Shown one piece after another: positions 63,998 through 64,000 of a stretch of 64,000 nucleotides of DNA (within the stretch, counting starts at the first letter, position 1; every line of letters starts with the position of its first letter). Both the position numbers and the translations under genes were made by a program. The stretch is taken from the NCBI GenBank assembly GCA_963775685.1, contig CAVZJV010000014.1:64001-128000 (forward strand), in the 5' to 3' direction. The notes beneath the pieces are model-generated. The model worked only from the letters and a program-made list of their open reading frames with translations. It was not told the origin of the DNA and ran no database searches. This DNA comes from Candidatus Bathyarchaeota archaeon (GTDB lineage: Archaea; Thermoproteota; Bathyarchaeia; Bathyarchaeales; Bathycorpusculaceae).

Positions 63998-64000
63998 CTT

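Overview
This 64-kb window is archaeal. Its gene content and style point to a Bathyarchaeia-like genome, which is an inference from archaeal LeuRS, EF-1alpha, crenarchaeal-type SSB, fwdDBAC, a multi-PAS kinase, a PQQ-type surface protein, TATA boxes and oligo-T terminators. Most of it is housekeeping or ordinary accessory DNA. The best candidate for a new system lies at about 14.6-18.1 kb. There, a divergent polyprenyl-synthase-fold enzyme (ComQ-like motif pattern) is flanked on both sides by two tiny ORFs missing from the ORF track, MKANNKVTRSSGWV and MVSKNGKNIRGKPISSGWV. They share the C-terminal SSGWV, encoded with different synonymous codons, and each has its own ribosome-binding site. A secreted S1 serine protease and an MFS-like membrane protein complete the module. 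It looks like an archaeal Trp-prenylated peptide (ComQ/ComX-like) signalling or RiPP system; this function is inferred, not shown. A third small ORF ending in TSGW and a radical SAM/SPASM gene lie nearby. Other notable items are a decayed virus/plasmid-like cluster with a stand-alone TFB cyclin domain (9.1-12.6 kb), a 6.6-kb island at tRNA-Pro(CGG) with nested att and CcdA-like remnants, a structured non-coding region at 38.4 kb, an RNase HI-glyoxalase fusion and an insertion in FwdB. Many conserved genes are broken by single-base indels, most likely assembly errors.
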